Source: Candidatus Omnitrophota bacterium
GTDB lineage: Bacteria > Omnitrophota > Gorgyraeia > Gygaellales > Profunditerraquicolaceae
Direction: 5' to 3'
Assembly (NCBI GenBank): GCA_041663665.1
Contig: JBAYMG010000003.1
Coordinates: 86,910-150,909 of the forward strand
DNA: 64,000 nucleotides
Below, piece by piece: positions 60,133 through 64,000 of this stretch; position 1 is the stretch's first letter, and the number at the start of each line of letters is the position of its first letter. The notes beneath the pieces were generated by a model. It saw only the letters and a list, made by a program, of their open reading frames with translations. It searched no databases and was not told where the DNA came from. The translations under genes were made by a program, and so were the position numbers.

Positions 60133-60902
60133 TGAAACGCTTAAAATTTTTACTTATATTTTTAGCTTTACCGTTAATTGTTTTTGCGGAAAATAGTCCG
60201 TGGAAAGTTTTTAAAAGTACACATTTTTTAATTTATTATCAAAGCGCAGATGAATCCACGCTTAATGAATTTGCCCAAAAGGCAGAAGAGTATTACGTGA
60301 AAATTACCGATGATTTAGGCTTTAATCGTTTTAACTTCTGGACTTGGGATAATCGGGTAAAAATATTTTTATTTGACAACCAAAAGGATTATTCCCGGGA
60401 AACTGGCGACCCCGGCTGGTCTGCTGGGCAGGCTCAGGTGGGTATTAAACAAATCAAGACATTTATAACTGCCCAAGGGTTTATGGATAATGTTTTACCG
60501 CATGAGATGGCTCATATTATTTTTAGGGAGATGGTGGGGTTTAATAACCCCGGCCTATCCCTTTGGCTTGAAGAAGGGGTAGCGAGCTTTCAGGAGCAAA
60601 AGGATTCATTTGTTAAAGTGGATTTAGCTAATAGTATAAAGCAGGGTAATTTTATCAATCTGGATAGTTTAGGCAGGATGGAGGTTGCCAAAATAGCGGA
60701 TAAGCAGCAAGTGAAATTATTTTATGCTGAATCGTATAGCTTGGTGAACTATTTAATTACATCCTTCGGCAAAGATGAATTTGTGCTTTTTTGCCAAAAT
60801 CTTCGGGATAAGAGAAATATCGCCCGGGCATTAATGTTAACATATCCTTTTAATGATTTGAAGGATTTTGAAAATTCTTGGAAAGATTATATTCTTAGAT
60901 GA
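60132..60902 (+). CDS. secreted HExxH-x18-E gluzincin-like protein (peptidase MA clan-like), embedded in the dcw cluster
   Basis: Signal peptide MKRLKFLLIFLALPLIVFA; HEMAHIIFREMVGFNNPGLSLWLEEG (HExxH plus Glu 18-19 residues later). ATGA overlaps with both murG (60130-60134) and murC (60899-60902). An alternative start lies at 60120. Confidence 0.6.
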   Translation: MKRLKFLLIFLALPLIVFAENSPWKVFKSTHFLIYYQSADESTLNEFAQKAEEYYVKITDDLGFNRFNFWTWDNRVKIFLFDNQKDYSRETGDPGWSAGQAQVGIKQIKTFITAQGFMDNVLPHEMAHIIFREMVGFNNPGLSLWLEEGVASFQEQKDSFVKVDLANSIKQGNFINLDSLGRMEVAKIADKQQVKLFYAESYSLVNYLITSFGKDEFVLFCQNLRDKRNIARALMLTYPFNDLKDFENSWKDYILR

Positions 60903-62257
60903 AAAGATATTACCACTTTATAGGGATCGGCGGAATAGGAATGAGCGGAATAGCGCATTTATTGCTTAAGGCCGGGCTATCTGTCAGTGGTTCGGATTTA
61001 AAGGAAAGCCGGGTTACTGAAGAGCTTAGAAAACTGGGCGCTAAGATATATATCGGGCACCATGCTCAAAATATATCTGAGCAAGATGCGGTAGTGTATT
61101 CGTCGGCAATAAAAGAAGATAATCCTGAGATGTGCCAGGCTAAAATTCTAGGCGTACCTCTGATCCGGCGGGCGCAGGTTTTAGCTTACTTGATGCAGGA
61201 GAAGACTGCCATAACTGTAGCTGGGAGCCATGGCAAGACTACGACTACTTCGCTTGTTTCTTATCTTCTGCTTGAAGCCGGGCTTTGTCCAACAGTAGCT
61301 ATCGGCGGGATACTCAGAAATATTGATACCAATGCTTGTTTAGGCAAGGGTGAATTTTTTGTGGCTGAGGCTGATGAATCAGACGGTTCGTTTTTGTATT
61401 ATCAGCCTAAGTATTCCATTATTACCAATGTTGATTATGAGCACCTGGATTATTATCATGATTTTGATAACGAATTGAACATTTTTAAGAGTTTCATTAA
61501 ACGTACCCGGGAAAACGGCTGCGTTTTTGCCTGCGCAGATGATTTAAATCTTAAGAATTTGTTTTCAGATTACAAAGGAAAGCATATCTTTTTTGGTTTT
61601 GATAATGCCGCCGATATTTTTGCTAAAAATATCGAGCTTAACGGTTTAAATTCAAAGTTTGATTGTTATTTCAGGAACAAGCTTATTGGGCGTTTCCATC
61701 TGGCTTTGGGGGGCAGGCATAACATTTCCAATTCTCTGGCAGTAATTGGTTTAGGTTTGGAGTTAGGCATAAGCTTAAACTGTATTGCTAAGTGTTTAAA
61801 AGATTATAAAGGAGTTGCCCGGAGGCTAGAGATTAAATTTAAAAATGAACGTTGCCAGGTTATCGATGATTACGGGCATCATCCTTCGGAAATAAAAGCT
61901 ACTTTAGCCGCTTTAGTCAATCTGAAGGCTAAGAGAAGGATTGTTGTTTTCCAGCCGCATCGCTATAGCCGGACTCAGCTACTTTTAGATGAATTTGCTA
62001 AATCATTTGATCAGGCGGATTATTTGATCATTACGGATATTTATGCCGCTAGCGAGCCGGTGATCGAAGGGGTAAATGCCGAAGCCTTGTTGAATAAAAT
62101 AAAGGAACATGCCCCGGATAAAAAAGCTATATATTTAGCTAAGGATAACATCCTTAAGCATATTTTGAGTATACTTAGTGATGGTGATCTGGTAGTTACT
62201 TTGGGGGCAGGAGATATTGTAAGGATTTCCGATGAATTGGCCAAAGAGCTTAAGTAA
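60899..62257 (+). CDS. murC: UDP-N-acetylmuramate--L-alanine ligase
   Basis: ..HFIGIGGIGMSGIA.. N-terminus and P-loop GSHGKTTTTS. Confidence 0.9.
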   Translation: MKRYYHFIGIGGIGMSGIAHLLLKAGLSVSGSDLKESRVTEELRKLGAKIYIGHHAQNISEQDAVVYSSAIKEDNPEMCQAKILGVPLIRRAQVLAYLMQEKTAITVAGSHGKTTTTSLVSYLLLEAGLCPTVAIGGILRNIDTNACLGKGEFFVAEADESDGSFLYYQPKYSIITNVDYEHLDYYHDFDNELNIFKSFIKRTRENGCVFACADDLNLKNLFSDYKGKHIFFGFDNAADIFAKNIELNGLNSKFDCYFRNKLIGRFHLALGGRHNISNSLAVIGLGLELGISLNCIAKCLKDYKGVARRLEIKFKNERCQVIDDYGHHPSEIKATLAALVNLKAKRRIVVFQPHRYSRTQLLLDEFAKSFDQADYLIITDIYAASEPVIEGVNAEALLNKIKEHAPDKKAIYLAKDNILKHILSILSDGDLVVTLGAGDIVRISDELAKELK

Positions 62258-63113
62258 AAACATAAAAACCAAAGTTAATTTAGCAAATTATACGAGTTTT
62301 AAAATCGCAGCTGTTGCGGATTTTTTTCTTGAGATTAAGGATATTGATGAATTAAGGGATGCTTTAAGTTTCGCTAAAAGTAAGCACATTCCGATCTTTA
62401 TTTTAGGTGCCGGCAGCAATATTTTGGCCAGTGACCGGGTTAAGGGGCTGGTAATTAAGTTAGATGGAAAATATTTTAAAAAGCTGGAAAAATCAGGCAA
62501 TTATTTGTTAGCTGGAAGCGGCTTAAAATTAAATCAATTAATTTTATTTGCGCAAACAAAATGTTTGTCCGGATTGGAGTTTCTTGCCGGAATTCCTGGA
62601 ACTGTCGGCGGATCACTTTTGGGCAATGCCGGAGCCTGGGGCCAGGCAATCGGCGGTTTGGTTAAGCAGGCTTGTGTTGTGGATTATCAGGGGCGTTTAA
62701 AGCTTCTTTCGGATAAGCAATTAAAATTTTCTTACCGTAAATCAAATTTAGATAGTTATATTATTGTTTGGGTAAAATTAAAATTAAAGATTAGCAGCAA
62801 GAATAACATTGCTTTAAGAATAAAAGACCATCTTTTGCAGCGTTTGAAAACCCAGAAGAATAGTCTGCCTAATGCCGGGTGTATCTTTAAAAATCCTGCC
62901 GGTAAAAAAACTGCCGGATTACTTATTGATTTGTGTGGATTAAAGGGGAAGAGAAAAGGCGGAGCGGTAGTTTCGGAAACGCATGCGAATTTTATTTTAA
63001 ATTTAGGCGGTGCCAAAAGCCGCGATGTTGTTTTACTCATGAATTTAATCCGGCAAAAAGTAAAGTCAAAGTTTGGAATTAATCTTCAACCAGAGGTAAA
63101 ACTATGGAAATAA
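62232..63113 (+). CDS. murB: UDP-N-acetylenolpyruvoylglucosamine reductase
   Basis: FAD-binding ..FILGAGSNIL.. and C-terminal ..NAGCIFKNP... Confidence 0.85.
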   Translation: MNWPKSLSKNIKTKVNLANYTSFKIAAVADFFLEIKDIDELRDALSFAKSKHIPIFILGAGSNILASDRVKGLVIKLDGKYFKKLEKSGNYLLAGSGLKLNQLILFAQTKCLSGLEFLAGIPGTVGGSLLGNAGAWGQAIGGLVKQACVVDYQGRLKLLSDKQLKFSYRKSNLDSYIIVWVKLKLKISSKNNIALRIKDHLLQRLKTQKNSLPNAGCIFKNPAGKKTAGLLIDLCGLKGKRKGGAVVSETHANFILNLGGAKSRDVVLLMNLIRQKVKSKFGINLQPEVKLWK

Positions 63114-64000
63114 AAGATTTTGGGAGAGTTGGTGTTTTAATGGGTGGGCCATCATCCGAGAGGCAGATTTCTTTAAAAAGCGGTAAAGCGGTTTTTTCTG
63201 CGCTTATTGATTCAGGTTTGGATGCGGTAAGCATTGATATTGTAACTGATAATGAGGAAGAAAATATCCGTCTGCTTAATGACCGCAAGCTGGATTGTGC
63301 ATTTATTGCCCTGCATGGCCGATTTGGCGAAGATGGGACGATACAAAATATTTTAGAAACAATAAGATTACCTTATACTGCTTCTGGTGTTAACTCAAGC
63401 CGGCTGGCTATGGATAAAATCGGTTCTTTAGAAGTATTTAAACAGGGTGGTTTAGTTGTTCCTAACTCTCAATTTTTAGAGAAATCAGATTATTTGAGAA
63501 CGAATAATTTTAATAATCGGCTGGCTTTTCCTCTAGTAGTTAAGCCGGCTAATCATGGTTCAAGTATTGGGCTTTCGCTGGTGGAGCGCGAAGAGGAAAT
63601 GCCGGTGGCCATTGACTTGGCTTTTGAATTTGACCAAAATATAATAATTGAAGAATATATTTATGGGAGAGAACTTACGGTTGGAGTTTTGGGTGAAGAA
63701 GCCTTGCCGGTTATCGAGATTATTCCAAAAAATAAATTCTTTGACTTTGAGGCCAAATATCAGCCGGGAGGTACTGAATATATCGCTCCAGCTGTTTTAG
63801 ATGAAAAAATTGCCAAAAAGGTTCAAGATGTGGCTTTAAAAGCACATAAGCTTTTAGGTTGTTCGGGTTGTTCGCGGACAGACATTATATTAAACAGAGA
63901 TGGTTTGCCTTATATTCTAGAGGTTAATACGATTCCTGGAATGACTGCCACCAGCCTTTTGCCTAAGGCGGCTAAAATTGTCGGAATTGATTTTAATCAT
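63104..64000 (+). CDS. ddl: D-alanine--D-alanine ligase (3' end beyond the window)
   Basis: ORF from ATG 63104, open to the window end: ..VGVLMGGPSSERQISLKSG..ALHGRFGEDGTIQ..VVKPANHGSSIGL..ILEVNTIPGMT.., the ATP-grasp Ddl signature. Absent from the ORF track because it has no stop in the window. Confidence 0.85.
   Translation, partial: MEIKDFGRVGVLMGGPSSERQISLKSGKAVFSALIDSGLDAVSIDIVTDNEEENIRLLNDRKLDCAFIALHGRFGEDGTIQNILETIRLPYTASGVNSSRLAMDKIGSLEVFKQGGLVVPNSQFLEKSDYLRTNNFNNRLAFPLVVKPANHGSSIGLSLVEREEEMPVAIDLAFEFDQNIIIEEYIYGRELTVGVLGEEALPVIEIIPKNKFFDFEAKYQPGGTEYIAPAVLDEKIAKKVQDVALKAHKLLGCSGCSRTDIILNRDGLPYILEVNTIPGMTATSLLPKAAKIVGIDFNH

Overview
This window is a densely packed, almost entirely plus-strand stretch of bacterial chromosome. 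It is AT-rich by eye (not computed) and carries conserved housekeeping genes with very little accessory DNA. Gene order, 5' to 3': polA (5' end cut by the window), glgA, coaE, a 50-bp x3 tandem repeat, rho, rpmE, prfA, prmC, murA, then a trpG-D-C-F-B-A block with no trpE. Next come an M16 peptidase, a CNNM/CBS membrane protein, a 50-aa zinc-ribbon ORF absent from the ORF track, rsfS, argS, recJ, and rpmB on the minus strand (C4 zinc-binding type). These are followed by a UvrD-type helicase fused to a Cas4/AddB-like Fe-S nuclease, plsC, an AsmA-like protein, a 218-aa hypothetical, arfB, rpsO-pnp, ftsK, rodZ, rimO, pgsA-pgpA, and a minus-strand CinA-C/PncC. An FMN-riboswitch-controlled ribBA-ribH-nusB-PHP-ribD-ribE cluster follows. 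After it sit tRNA-Pro(CGG) and a secreted protein carrying a phage tail-fibre/endosialidase S74 intramolecular-chaperone domain. The rest is acyP, ligA, a lipoprotein, an MBL hydrolase, xerD, cca/pcnB, rbfA-nrnA-ribF, and a near-complete dcw cluster (mraZ, rsmH, ftsL, ftsI, murE, murF, mraY, murD, ftsW, murG, a secreted HExxH protein, murC, murB, ddl with its 3' end cut). I recognised no CRISPR array, IS element, integrase or obvious prophage. The items most worth a second look: (1) the secreted tail-fibre-like protein immediately 3' of tRNA-Pro; (2) the HExxH gluzincin-like ORF translationally coupled between murG and murC; (3) the GC-rich 50-bp triple repeat spanning the coaE stop and the rho ribosome-binding site; (4) prfA and rsfS, whose conserved N-termini lie upstream of any ATG/GTG/TTG and point to AUC/AUA initiation; (5) a strong promoter plus structured leader in front of the unannotated zinc-ribbon ORF; (6) the Pmra promoter with three GTGG boxes at exact 10-bp spacing. 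Nothing was searched against databases; all calls rest on motif-level reading of the sequence and translations.
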